Shown: piece by piece, positions 40,890 through 51,780 of the stretch
Layout of the letters: each line of letters begins with the position of its first letter
How positions within the stretch are numbered: position 1 is the first letter of the stretch
From: Promethearchaeota archaeon
Lineage (GTDB): Archaea > Asgardarchaeota > Lokiarchaeia > Sigyniarchaeales > SOKP01
DNA length: 64,000 nt
Assembly (NCBI GenBank): GCA_019057865.1
Contig: JAHLWP010000011.1
Coordinates: 1 to 64,000, forward strand
Reading direction: 5' to 3'
Notes under the pieces: model-generated
What the model was told of the DNA's origin: nothing
Databases searched by the model: none
What the model saw: only the letters and a program-made list of their open reading frames with translations
Program-made: the position numbers and the translations under genes

Positions 40890-41244
40890 TTAATATCGGA
40901 CATTTTTTTAATACTTTTTATTTAAATAAATGACCGTTTGAATAAAGATTTTGACTTGAATCAAACAAAGATAAAGTAAATATATAAAAAAAAAATCCAA
41001 TGTATATGTCAGCACCTAAAGGGTTAAGGTTTAGCATGATTTTGTTTTTTCAATTTTACTCATTTATCTTAATTCTTTAAAAAATAAAAAAAAATATTTA
41101 TTTAATTTTGGATTCTTATAAATTTTATTCTTCCTCTTCTACTTCTTCTTCCTTTTCTTCTTTAGCCATTATTTTCAAACTCCTTTTTTAGCAGTTTTAT
41201 TATTTATCGGTTCTCTCGAAGTGGGGCATACTTACAATAAAAAA

Positions 41245-41448
41245 TTAAAAAATTTTATTTTCTTTTTTTCTATTCTTGATAGTAAATGTCACCATCCAAC
41301 CAATAGAAAATACTAATCCAAATAATATTGAGAATTTAAGACCCTCTAGTAGGTCTCTTTCTAATATTAAATCGTAAATCAACCCCAGAATGATCGCAAT
41401 TGGAAAAGCTCCTAATCCAACCAAAGAAACTTTTTTATTATGTTTCAT
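41245..41448 (-). CDS. Small 2-TM membrane protein
   Basis: Two hydrophobic helices and a basic tail. Confidence 0.6.
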   Translation of the reverse strand: MKHNKKVSLVGLGAFPIAIILGLIYDLILERDLLEGLKFSILFGLVFSIGWMVTFTIKNRKKENKIF

Positions 41449-41602
41449 TTCCTAACCTTCTTTATTTTATGTTTTATGGTAGAAATTTTTGATTTTACTT
41501 TAATTTTTTTGAGTTAGAACAATTCTTTATGGAAATTAACAGAGATTAATAGTAAATTCTATTTTTATTCATATAATCAATTCTTTAGTATGTATTATTA
41601 GC

Positions 41603-42091
41603 CTACATGAAAGGTCTGAAGTCTCTCTTCTTGCCCAATCTGTACATTATATACGCTGCGAGGCTATATGAGGGCATAATAGTTAAGATAAATATTATGT
41701 CCTTCAATGTTCCTTGACTCTCATAAAAAGGAGCCCATGGGGCCACAATAAAAAAATAACTAATGAACATCCAAATTGGCCATCCTAAAGACAGCCCTCC
41801 ACCTACAATCCATATTCCCTTATAGATATTTCTCTGATATTTTGATTTTCTGATATAGTAGAGAATGAATAATATTATTGGTGTTATAAAAGTAACCCCC
41901 ATTGCAACCCATAAATTCATGCTTCCAAGAAAATATTCTAACCAGCTTATCATCGTTGCCCCGATATATGATCCAATGCTAACCCATAACCAATGTTTTT
42001 TAAACGCACTCCAAAAATTTTTGATTTTATCCTTTATTTTCAGAATAACCCTCTCTTTAACAAATTTAAGGACACCATTTAAAATATTCAC
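41603..42091 (-). CDS. 4-TM membrane protein; candidate immunity factor
   Basis: Four hydrophobic segments; overlaps the 3' end of the upstream Cys-rich gene. Confidence 0.65.
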   Translation of the reverse strand: MNILNGVLKFVKERVILKIKDKIKNFWSAFKKHWLWVSIGSYIGATMISWLEYFLGSMNLWVAMGVTFITPIILFILYYIRKSKYQRNIYKGIWIVGGGLSLGWPIWMFISYFFIVAPWAPFYESQGTLKDIIFILTIMPSYSLAAYIMYRLGKKRDFRPFM

Positions 42092-43460
42092 AGGCTATAG
42101 AACAACTAACATGAAGAACATCAATGTAATTCATTATCCATATGCATAGAGGACAAAATACAGGATAGAACAAGCATGCAATAATACATCCAAGTAAGAG
42201 AGCTACTCCACATCCTACTTCACAGAAAAAACATCTTAATGGGTCTGATGGTGGTGGTGGTGGCGATGGTGGCGGTGTGTAACCCCCGCCATTGTCGGTA
42301 TATATATCCGCTAAAACTGCAAAACTCTCAAGAATTTGCCAATCGTATTTTAAGAGTTGTTCTTTTACTAATTCGGAAAGAGATGCAATTCCTTCTTTTA
42401 TATCAATGTAAGCATAATAAAGTTCCATTATGTCTAAACCCTCTGATTTTTTATAAATTTTTGCCATTTCTTCCGCAATATCTGCTAAAATGTCGTATTG
42501 TTGGGATAATATAACAGACATATTGAATTGTACAAACTCCATTGAAGTTATAGCTTTTTCGTTAACAGGAGTATATTTTAGATTTGTAAATGAACTATTA
42601 TAAGTCTCTGAATTTAAAGGATCAAGGCGAGTATAAATCGTTAATTTATAGTTATTATGGTAAATTAAATACTCTAATTGATAATATTGCAAATAGTAAT
42701 TTTCTGAAGTGATTTCTGTCGAAATAAAATAAGCAGATTTATTGATTGTACTTGTAAATTTATTATAACTCCATAATATAGTGTGAGTATGAATAAATTC
42801 GTAGACTGTACCATTAAGTTCAAATCTATTGAGAATTGTTATATGGTCTTCTTGTTGTTCTAATACCTTAGATGTTATGTTTATTGATTCACTCTGACTT
42901 GGGCATTCTTGATTTTCATTACAAGATAGACAACCTGAATAATATAAAAGTAGTGGTTCTATTAGTAATTCAAATTTTGTATCAGCTATTTCATTTACCG
43001 TAATATAGTGATAACTTGTCCAGATTGGGTAATTTGCATCAATCCATGCCAGTATGCCACCAAGTATATTATATACTTTTGTAAAGCCATACTCAACAAG
43101 TATCTCACTTGCTAATTGACTCCTATAGCCAGACTTACAGTAAACAATAATCTCAGTATTCTTATATTCTTCAAGTTCATTTATTCTAATTTCAAGTTCA
43201 TCATGAGGTATTAAAATAGCGTTGTATAGGTGACCCTTTTCATATTCGCAGGAGGTTCTAACATCTAAAATAACAAGGTTCGGATATTTATTTTCATGTT
43301 TTATCATATAATTGGCAGTATCTATAGTAATATTTTGATATATTTGTTCTTCAGCAGTAACCATTATTATTAAACTGAAAGACGGTAGTAAAAATGCAGT
43401 TATAATGAAAAGAGCGATTGTCTTATGACTTATATGTTTTAAACTATTTTTTAAATTCAA
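42066..43460 (-). CDS. Secreted rhodanese-domain protein with C-terminal halocin-C8-like 10-Cys peptide
   Basis: N-terminal signal-like hydrophobic segment; ILDVRT..EY.KGH, VYCKSGYRS, GGILAW (rhodanese); Pro-rich linker; 10 Cys in the last ~58 aa, ending CP. Confidence 0.75.
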   Translation of the reverse strand: MNLKNSLKHISHKTIALFIITAFLLPSFSLIIMVTAEEQIYQNITIDTANYMIKHENKYPNLVILDVRTSCEYEKGHLYNAILIPHDELEIRINELEEYKNTEIIVYCKSGYRSQLASEILVEYGFTKVYNILGGILAWIDANYPIWTSYHYITVNEIADTKFELLIEPLLLYYSGCLSCNENQECPSQSESINITSKVLEQQEDHITILNRFELNGTVYEFIHTHTILWSYNKFTSTINKSAYFISTEITSENYYLQYYQLEYLIYHNNYKLTIYTRLDPLNSETYNSSFTNLKYTPVNEKAITSMEFVQFNMSVILSQQYDILADIAEEMAKIYKKSEGLDIMELYYAYIDIKEGIASLSELVKEQLLKYDWQILESFAVLADIYTDNGGGYTPPPSPPPPPSDPLRCFFCEVGCGVALLLGCIIACLFYPVFCPLCIWIMNYIDVLHVSCSIACEYFKWCP

Positions 43461-43742
43461 AATTTTACCTTTTTATATTTTATTTTTTTTTAAATTGATT
43501 GATTTATACAAGTTAAATATAGCAATATGAAAATTTAACTGTTATATTTCTGCAATCATATTTATGAGATATTAAAATGATTAATTAATTATCTATTTTT
43601 ATACACTTATTTTATTTATTATTAGAATTGATTTCCATAAATTTGTATTAGATACTTATATTTTAATTCCAAAAAAAAATAGATTAATTATTAAGTTATA
43701 TTATTATAATAATAATGAAAATTCAAACTATAAGATGATATT

Positions 43743-44774
43743 ATGCCGAAAGAGGTAAAAGGGGTATTATTTAGCCGTTTGGTTGTTTTGATTTCTATTG
43801 TTCTTATCCCTATAATCACATTTTTAATCTATAATTTTGCTGGTTTTGAATTATGGTTTTCAAATGATCCAGATTTGGAGTTTTTGATTATTAACCTTTT
43901 ATGTCCCTTAGTTTTTAGTATTTCATGGTTATTTTTCATAATTTTATTTGCTAACCGTTTTGCTGAAACTATCGATTCTACAGATAGAGTGGTGGGGGTA
44001 ATTCCCTTAAGATTGAAATTGTTTTATGGTATAAATGCCGTTTATATACTTCTTATTTTTGTATTTCCGTTAATCACACCTGTTGTTTCAGTTTTAACTT
44101 TTGCTTCCTTTGGGTGGCAATTAACAACCATTAGAAAAGAACGATGGGAGGAGGACACAAAAGTTTCTTTATTAACTAAAATTGTTATGATTCTAGCTTC
44201 AATAATCCCTGTCTTCTGTGGAATAGTTATTATACCAGAATATATAAAGTTATCAATATTTTTATTATGGGATATTTGGATTCCATTGCTTGATCCGATT
44301 TACAAAATCTCGTATTGTTTATGTACCGCTCTAGCAATTGGGTCTTTATTTATTTTATTTGCTAATTCAGGCATAAGTGAATATGAGCAAATATTTGTAG
44401 ATACTACAAAAACTAAAAAGATGATGCAAATTAAAATTTTGGAAGTAGTTTTATTCGTTTTCTTCTTATTTTTAGCATTTTATGAATTTACTGTAATAGA
44501 TCTATTCTATAATGCGGGATTTATAATTGTTCTTATAGTGTCAATTGTCAACTACTTTAGTGGGAAACAAAAAACAAGTAAATTTCGAGGTCATGTGATG
44601 GGATATATTCTAGCTGCCATTTTTATGGGCTCCAATTTAATATTCATTTCAGATACAGAATTCTCAGATTTTATGAAAGTCTCGAGTCTTATCATCTCTG
44701 GAATATTGTTTATTTTAGTATTTTTGTATACATTCATTCACCTAGAGGAACCTGAACTAAAATATAATCACTAA
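43743..44774 (+). CDS. Polytopic membrane protein
   Basis: About 9-10 TM segments. Confidence 0.75.
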   Translation: MPKEVKGVLFSRLVVLISIVLIPIITFLIYNFAGFELWFSNDPDLEFLIINLLCPLVFSISWLFFIILFANRFAETIDSTDRVVGVIPLRLKLFYGINAVYILLIFVFPLITPVVSVLTFASFGWQLTTIRKERWEEDTKVSLLTKIVMILASIIPVFCGIVIIPEYIKLSIFLLWDIWIPLLDPIYKISYCLCTALAIGSLFILFANSGISEYEQIFVDTTKTKKMMQIKILEVVLFVFFLFLAFYEFTVIDLFYNAGFIIVLIVSIVNYFSGKQKTSKFRGHVMGYILAAIFMGSNLIFISDTEFSDFMKVSSLIISGILFILVFLYTFIHLEEPELKYNH

Positions 44775-45089
44775 TTTTTTTTTTTGATTTTTAATTTTAA
44801 GTTAACCCTGATATATTCATGTTAAAAATTAAACTGATTTCCTGAATATATTAAACTAGATTAAAAAATTATTATTTTAGAATAAGCGAGATTAATAAAG
44901 ATATTGATTTTATTAAAATTCGCATCAAACAGTAAGAATTCGTTGATTAAATATTTTAATTCGATATGAGTTAAATTATCCTAAAATTTTCTACTATATT
45001 AGAATATAAATTATTAAAAAGCTAAATTTTATTTATAATTTTAAGGTTAAAATTAAAATTTATTAAAAAAAAATAAGGGTTAGAAAAAA

Positions 45090-47147
45090 ATGAAAATTAT
45101 AAATGCTAAATCCTTAATGGTTCTTTCTTTGTTTCTTACCTCAATGATTGCAATGCCAGTTATGGTATCTGCTGACGACGATAATAAATTTGACTTTGAT
45201 CAGTGGGGAGGTAGCGAGGGTTTTGTTACTGGTTTTCAGGGAGGCTTTGGAAGTATTTTTGGAGGATTAGGTTATGCAGGAAATCTGTTAGGACATGTTT
45301 TTCAAATGTTATTTGTTCAAGCATATGAGAGTTTTGATAGTAAAGAGATGCTACCAGGCGTCTATGTTTTAAGTGCATTTAATGAAACGAAAACTCCAGT
45401 TAAAGTTAATGATTATGGACCTGTTGGTGTTAGTGAATACCATCTACTACCGGAGGATTATGCTGCAGGACTTCCACCAGATACGACAGCTTACTGTGAA
45501 GTAGTAAAGAGTGGTTCATATGAGTATAATATGACTGTTGGGGCAGGAGTCACACTTATAATTTGGGATAGCGATAATTCATTCATTAAAGCAGTTAAAA
45601 AGTTAATTAGCTTTTTCAAAGAAATAGAAGCGATCGAAGGAGAAGAGATTCCTGAGGATCTTATTAGAGAAGGAGTAGAACTAATTGTTTGGTTTTTAAT
45701 CCATATAAATGATATTATCACTGGCGATGAACTTTTTATATTGAATCCCATTACCTGGCAGAAATTAGAAATTACTCCAACTACTTTTCAAATAACAAAA
45801 ACATGGTATCTTTCTGCTACTGAGAATATAATTGATCCTAGTGGTGATGATGTTCTTAACGCAATAACATATCCAATAATATACAATCAATTGAATACAA
45901 ATGCCAGTAACAGAAAAGATATTTATATGCAATGGTTATTGAGAGATACAGAAATTATACCCAATGAAAAATTATACTGGACAGCATTTACCTTCGATTT
46001 AATTGAATTATGGATGAAAAATTTTGAAATTCATATTGACATAGCAGAACTTATTGACATTGGAAGTGGAGAGGGAGGCGATCCTGCGAAAGCTTTTCAG
46101 GGATGTGATATTGAATTTTACCTATTTACCCATCATTTAGCTGGTGCTTTCCTCTATAATGATTTAAATCTTGATCGTGAACTTTCTGTGAACTATACAG
46201 ATACAACAGTAACAATTGATGGTGAGGATAAAGATATATCATATCCAGTGAGTTCTGAACTTACTCACAGATTAATTTTAAGATATGTGGACAATTACAA
46301 TTTTATACCTCCAACTAAGAATGATGATAATACTATTTCATGGGGATTACAATTACAAGATGTTAATATCTCTGCAGTTCCTGTTGGCATTGATTTAGAT
46401 TCCTATCTAGCAGCTCCTCAAGAAAATCTAGATTATGTTCATTTTGGATTTACTTTTGATCCAGAAAAGAACGTACGAGGAGCAGATGCCGTAGGGAAAA
46501 TAAAACTAGACCAATACTTTGCTCCATGGAATAATGATACTGATCCCTACGCAAATGCTGATATTACAGATTTGGATATGGCAATAATTTATGTGTCAAC
46601 TATATTACATTTTCACTTAAATGTAGCAACTTCTGGTGTTGTTGAACCTCCTGATGCAAACATAGATGATTTTTATGATGATGATCCAAATGATGACGAT
46701 TATGTTAAAGAGACTCATGAATTAAAGGTTGGAAATTACCTTGGCGGCTCAGAACCACTGGATTTCGTTGATATTGCCGGACCATATTATGATTATGGTA
46801 ATGAAACCCTCCCTAGAGGACGTGATAATGCGAGTACTGCTATCATCCCTCTTGCTGTATGGACTGGTGAAATGGAAAGACATGATACATTTGTACCACC
46901 AAGTGAAACAGATGTACAACCTTTTGCTACTGATATTAGGGTTAATATAAGTTTTACTGTAGTAGCTTACGCGGTATGTTATCCTGAATTTGAGGATGGC
47001 ACCGGAATTTGGCACGACCCTACTTTCTCAGTTTTCATGACTTTTCAAACTCCAGAATTCTGGGCTTTAATTGTATTGATTGCTGGTATTGGATTAGTCG
47101 GTGTTGCAACGATATTGATAAAAAGAAGAAAGGACATGAGAATCTAA
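45090..47147 (+). CDS. Secreted, C-terminally membrane-anchored acidic cell-surface protein
   Basis: Signal peptide (..VSA|DDD), many N-x-S/T sites, WHDPTF, then a TM helix and a KRRK tail. Confidence 0.8.
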   Translation: MKIINAKSLMVLSLFLTSMIAMPVMVSADDDNKFDFDQWGGSEGFVTGFQGGFGSIFGGLGYAGNLLGHVFQMLFVQAYESFDSKEMLPGVYVLSAFNETKTPVKVNDYGPVGVSEYHLLPEDYAAGLPPDTTAYCEVVKSGSYEYNMTVGAGVTLIIWDSDNSFIKAVKKLISFFKEIEAIEGEEIPEDLIREGVELIVWFLIHINDIITGDELFILNPITWQKLEITPTTFQITKTWYLSATENIIDPSGDDVLNAITYPIIYNQLNTNASNRKDIYMQWLLRDTEIIPNEKLYWTAFTFDLIELWMKNFEIHIDIAELIDIGSGEGGDPAKAFQGCDIEFYLFTHHLAGAFLYNDLNLDRELSVNYTDTTVTIDGEDKDISYPVSSELTHRLILRYVDNYNFIPPTKNDDNTISWGLQLQDVNISAVPVGIDLDSYLAAPQENLDYVHFGFTFDPEKNVRGADAVGKIKLDQYFAPWNNDTDPYANADITDLDMAIIYVSTILHFHLNVATSGVVEPPDANIDDFYDDDPNDDDYVKETHELKVGNYLGGSEPLDFVDIAGPYYDYGNETLPRGRDNASTAIIPLAVWTGEMERHDTFVPPSETDVQPFATDIRVNISFTVVAYAVCYPEFEDGTGIWHDPTFSVFMTFQTPEFWALIVLIAGIGLVGVATILIKRRKDMRI

Positions 47148-47282
47148 AAAATATATTTTTTTAAAATTTTATTTTTTTTTATTTTTATTTTCTTGAAACT
47201 TTATCCTACAAAGTTTTAAATTTTGATATATCTAAATGATATAAAGAGAAAAAAATTTTACAAGTATCAGTGAGAAGAAGAA

Positions 47283-49073
47283 ATGCCAATTAAGTTAGAT
47301 GATACCTATCAAGTAGATGAAAATGAACGATGGTTTAAGAAATGGTGGCCTGAGGGAATCCCTTTTAATACTACATTTGAAGAAAAAACTACAAATGAAT
47401 TTTTAGACGAGCAAGTGGCGAAGCATTCTAATGAAAATTTAATTTGGTTTTTAGATACTTGGATTTCTTATAAACAATTTCAAGAGTATGTAAAATCATT
47501 TGCTACGGCATTAGCTGATTTAGGCATTAAAGCCGGGGATGTTGTAGCAATCCACATGCCTAACTGTCCTCAATATATAGTAGGATATTATGCTATTACT
47601 AGAATAGGAGCTATTGCTAGTGGAATTAATCCCACTTACCAACCTATGGAAATATTACATCAACTTGACATTATAAAGCCTAAAATGTTAATTGTATTAG
47701 ATGCTTTATATAAGACTTATATTAAACCTATTATTGAGGAATCAAGTGTAAAAATAATTGTTTATACTAATCTAGCAGATCTAACTGATATGATTAGTGT
47801 AAAAAAGATTGTTGGCAAATTTGTAAAGAAGATTCCTACAGGGAAAGTTGATTATCCTAATGCATATAGATTTAAAGATCTTCTTAAAACTAAGCCAAAT
47901 ATTCCAGAAATTAAAATTAATGTTAAGACCCATCCTGCAACTTATATAATGACCGGTGGAACAACAGGTTTGCCAAAAGCATCAGTTTTAACGCACTTTA
48001 ATGTAGTATCCAATGCTAAACAATGCAAATTATGGTTGGGTGGAGAAAGACCATGTATAGGAAATATTGGGATACTTCCATTATTTCACAGTTTTGCTCA
48101 TACAGTAGTTATGAATACTACTATAGCAGTTGGAGGTTGGATCATGCTCTTTCCAAGTCCTCCTTCACAAACAGAATTATGTGAAGAAATCGAAAAATTA
48201 CCATGTACAGAAGGATTAATTTATGCGGGTACTGAAATGCTATTCAAAAGGCTAGCTGAACTCAAAAGAATAAAAAAAAGATACCCAGGAGTAATGGGAA
48301 AATTAATATTATGTGTTTCAAGTGCCGGTCCATTGCATAAAGCGGTACATGATGCCTTTATTGAAAATACTGGTGGTAGAATTGTGGAAGCTTATGGATT
48401 ATCAGAAGCCAGCCCTGCTGTAAGTGCTGGTAATTTATTTGGTGAAAGTCCAGTTGGCAGCATAGGTGTGCCATTCCCAGGAACAGAATGGGGCATCTGG
48501 CCAACAGACAATTTCAATTTAGGTCCTATATGTTTAGGAAATCCAGATGATAAAAATTTTGGTATTGAACATTCTGGAGAAATTTGTGTTGCTGGTCCCC
48601 AGATCATGTTAGAATATTTAAACGAACCAGATGAAACTGCTGATACAATTTTAGAATACAAAGATAAATTATGGTTATTAACAGGAGATATTGGTTTTAT
48701 GAATGAAGATGGCACAATCGTAATTAGGGATCGAAAGAAACAACTTATTAAACATAAGGGTTATTCTGTATTTCCTAAAGAAGTAGAAGAACTCCTAATG
48801 AAACATCCAGATATTGCCGAAGCGGCAGTAGCAGGGTTACCACATGAGGAATATGGAGAAGTTATAAAAGCATGGGTTTCAATAAAAGAAGATTGTAATT
48901 TATCACCCCAGACGATAAAAGAATGGGCTACTGAAAATATGGCACTTTATAAAGTACCTTATTCTATTGCTATTGTTGGAGAATTGCCAAAAAATATCAT
49001 AGGAAAGGTTCAGCGTAGAGCACTTCAAATTAAAGACCCGTTATATATTGAAAAATACGGAGATTCTCAATGA
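47283..49073 (+). CDS. Long-chain acyl-CoA synthetase (AMP-binding)
   Basis: MTGGTTGLPK, AYGLSE, TGDIG, DRKK, GKVQRR. Confidence 0.92.
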   Translation: MPIKLDDTYQVDENERWFKKWWPEGIPFNTTFEEKTTNEFLDEQVAKHSNENLIWFLDTWISYKQFQEYVKSFATALADLGIKAGDVVAIHMPNCPQYIVGYYAITRIGAIASGINPTYQPMEILHQLDIIKPKMLIVLDALYKTYIKPIIEESSVKIIVYTNLADLTDMISVKKIVGKFVKKIPTGKVDYPNAYRFKDLLKTKPNIPEIKINVKTHPATYIMTGGTTGLPKASVLTHFNVVSNAKQCKLWLGGERPCIGNIGILPLFHSFAHTVVMNTTIAVGGWIMLFPSPPSQTELCEEIEKLPCTEGLIYAGTEMLFKRLAELKRIKKRYPGVMGKLILCVSSAGPLHKAVHDAFIENTGGRIVEAYGLSEASPAVSAGNLFGESPVGSIGVPFPGTEWGIWPTDNFNLGPICLGNPDDKNFGIEHSGEICVAGPQIMLEYLNEPDETADTILEYKDKLWLLTGDIGFMNEDGTIVIRDRKKQLIKHKGYSVFPKEVEELLMKHPDIAEAAVAGLPHEEYGEVIKAWVSIKEDCNLSPQTIKEWATENMALYKVPYSIAIVGELPKNIIGKVQRRALQIKDPLYIEKYGDSQ

Positions 49074-49215
49074 GGTTTTATTAAAAACAAGTATTAAAAA
49101 TCTTAATGATTAAATTAATCCAAATACGTAATTTTTTTTATTTTTCAAGATATTTTGAAATATCAAAAAATAATAAATAATTTTAAAAATTATATTAAGA
49201 TAAAGGATTGCATAG

Positions 49216-49247
49216 ATTCTAGTGTATAATTTCTAGTACACTAGAAT
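49216..49247. promoter_or_regulatory. Perfect 11-bp inverted repeat (operator-like)
   Basis: ATTCTAGTGTA-N10-TACACTAGAAT, 70 bp upstream of the wHTH gene. Confidence 0.6.
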
Positions 49248-49316
49248 AGTAATTAATAAAAATATAAGTTTTTTTTAATAAGATAATAAATAAATAAAAC
49301 TTAGAGAGACAATATT

Positions 49317-50243
49317 TTGTCAGAAAAACCAGAAATAGAAAAACTTGAAATAGAGGCTGCGAAACTAGAAGGAGTAAAAGTAAAAGATAACGAGCTTTTA
49401 TTAATTGATGAATTAGTTCAAGATTATGCTCCAGAAATTGCTCACATTTATGATTTTAGAGAGGATGAATCAGAAGAACAACAAATTAAAACAGGACGCC
49501 TTCATGAAAACCGTATCTTAGGTATTATCCTAAAATTTTACCTAAAAGGTAAAAAGAAAATTACTACAACTCAAGTTGAGCAAGAGTATAAAAGATATTA
49601 TAAAGAAATTGCTCGTTCTACAATTTCGACTTACTTAAATATGCTAAAAAAAGAATCCACATTATATAAAGAAAGAGATGGTAGAGTAGTTTATTACATT
49701 TTTTATGAAGATCCTCCAAAAGATATTAAGCCATTTTGGTTTACTAGAATTTTTTGTATTGTTCCAGCTTACTTTGATAGAGCAATGTATTTTTCGAAAT
49801 TGTATCTAAAGTCTGAATTATATACTCAAGAATACATTAAACGAACCAACAATGGAAATAAACAAATATTAAACAAGAATTTCAAATTTCTGACTGGTTT
49901 AATTGTTTTAAATATTTTAAAAAATAGAAGTTCAAAATGTGTATTTTGTCAATTTAGTAAACGAGAAATTTATAATACTTTACAGGAGGCAATATCGGTT
50001 GCAATTAAAGACCGATCTGATGTTTTACCTGAAGAATTGTTAGATTTTCTAATCAATGAGTATTCAGAAATCCCTATATTTAATGGGATCAATATTGAAT
50101 GTCAAGAAACAGAAAAACTAATACTTGAAAATATCTTTAAATTTGCTGACAATTATAAAAAAGATTTAGAATTTCAGATAATGGTTTCAAGTAGAAGACA
50201 AGATATAAGATTAAAACAAAAAGAAATTATGGAACAAGAATAA
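49317..50243 (+). CDS. Winged-helix DNA-binding protein
   Basis: ITTTQVEQEY...IARSTISTYLNML.KE..L.KERDGRVVYY. Confidence 0.7.
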   Translation: MSEKPEIEKLEIEAAKLEGVKVKDNELLLIDELVQDYAPEIAHIYDFREDESEEQQIKTGRLHENRILGIILKFYLKGKKKITTTQVEQEYKRYYKEIARSTISTYLNMLKKESTLYKERDGRVVYYIFYEDPPKDIKPFWFTRIFCIVPAYFDRAMYFSKLYLKSELYTQEYIKRTNNGNKQILNKNFKFLTGLIVLNILKNRSSKCVFCQFSKREIYNTLQEAISVAIKDRSDVLPEELLDFLINEYSEIPIFNGINIECQETEKLILENIFKFADNYKKDLEFQIMVSSRRQDIRLKQKEIMEQE

Positions 50244-50317
50244 ATACAATCCATAAGATAAACAATAATTTATTTCTTTACTTATAAAATAAGATTTTAA
50301 GTGTTCTTTGATAAACA

Positions 50318-50848
50318 CTAAAGCAGATTAGATTTTTGCATCATTAAGCTTGTTAGTGCTTCAAATGTTTCTTCTACATTTTCTCCTGTTTTAGAACTAC
50401 ACTCAATAAAACCGTCTACTCCTCTTGATTTTGATATATTAATTCCTTCCTCTCCAGAGATTTCACGATCATCAATTAAATCTGCCTTCCCGCCAACTAC
50501 AATAACAGGAAATTGATCTTCTGATCTAATTTCTTTTTTAACAATTAATAACCAATCATCTATGTGAGCCAAACTCGAGTAATTTGTGACATCGTACATG
50601 AAGAGCGCCCCATTTGCACCCCTAACATATGTTGGCAACAGGAATCTAAACCTTTCTTCACCTCCAAAATCCCAGATCTGAAGTTTTACTTTCTTTTCAT
50701 TAATTTCCAAACTTTTTACTTCAAAATCCACACCTATTGTCATCTTAGAATCTGATTTAAACAAATTAGTAAGGAACCTTTGGGTTAAGGTAGTTTTCCC
50801 TGTTCCCGCATCACCGAATATTACTACTTTGTATGTTGCGTCGTACAT
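50318..50848 (-). CDS. Rab-like small GTPase
   Basis: GDAGTGKT, TIGVDF, LQIWDFGGEERF, GKAD, CSSK. Confidence 0.92.
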   Translation of the reverse strand: MYDATYKVVIFGDAGTGKTTLTQRFLTNLFKSDSKMTIGVDFEVKSLEINEKKVKLQIWDFGGEERFRFLLPTYVRGANGALFMYDVTNYSSLAHIDDWLLIVKKEIRSEDQFPVIVVGGKADLIDDREISGEEGINISKSRGVDGFIECSSKTGENVEETFEALTSLMMQKSNLL

Positions 50849-51307
50849 TAACTTCCTCTTCCGAAACTTTATTTTAGTTTAATTTTTATACTTAAGGGAG
50901 GTATTTTTTATCTTTTTTAATTATATAGATATTTTACATTTAAATTTTATTTTTAAGGATTTATGTTTTAATAGATGGTTATTCTTTTAAGATTTCTATG
51001 TTTATTATGTAATTCATATATATAAATGTTTTAAAGCATTATAAATAAAATATCGAATTATAATTTATAATTTTAATGTAATAATTTTGAAACTTATGTT
51101 GTAAGAACCATTTACTATTTTCAATTTGTTATATAAGTTAATAATTCTGTTTTTTCTATAATTAGTCATGAAAATATGACAAGTAAAGTTTCTTTAAATA
51201 ATCTTGTAATGAAAGAGATTGACAATAAAAGTTAAATGTATATTAAACTTTTACAAACTTAGAAGTTTTTTAACTACAAATGGGGAGTAAATTCTCTAAA
51301 AAATCGA

Positions 51308-51689
51308 ATGAGAGTGAGGATAATAACTGAGGTAAAAGATAAATGTGGGAAGTGCGGAGCAAAAATATCTCCTGATTATGATTTTTGCCATTCATGTGGT
51401 ACCAAATTCAGTAAAATAGCAGCAACAACAAGAAAAAGAGAAAAAAAAAAATCATTATACTAAAAAAATAGTAGGTTCTAACCTTGATCGAGTTGAACGT
51501 TTAGAGCAATATATGAAAAGGAAACATAAAGTTCAATTAGCAATTGCTATTATAGGAGCAATCATAGGCGGGATAATAGGTGGGATCTGATGGGTAAACC
51601 TAGGAAAGATTGAAAATTGGTGGATTATCCCTCTTGGAATACTCATAGGTGCTGTCGGTCCCTTTTTCATATATGATATGTATATGTAA
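51308..51689 (+). pseudogene. Zinc-ribbon + 2-TM protein pseudogene
   Basis: CGKCG..DFCHSCG, then a frameshift at the A11 tract (51441-51451) and an in-frame TGA at 51588 between Gly-rich TM helices. Confidence 0.6.
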
Positions 51690-51780
51690 ATCTCAAAAAA
51701 TAAATTCTTTTACTTATTTTTTACTTTAATCTATACTTAATGTATTAGTCTATTTTTAATAACTATATGGTAATAAGATA

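Noticed and set aside
41125-41169. Micro-ORF MAKEEKEEEVEEEE on the - strand with an SD-like site
   Set aside because: Only 14 aa of low complexity; probably a remnant and cannot be supported.
50849-51300. Long AT-rich intergenic stretch examined for RNA structure or repeats
   Set aside because: No nested helices, repeats or credible ORF seen, unlike 11479-11955.
51588-51590. In-frame TGA as possible selenocysteine
   Set aside because: It lies in a hydrophobic TM context of a gene that is also frameshifted; no redox motif or SECIS seen.
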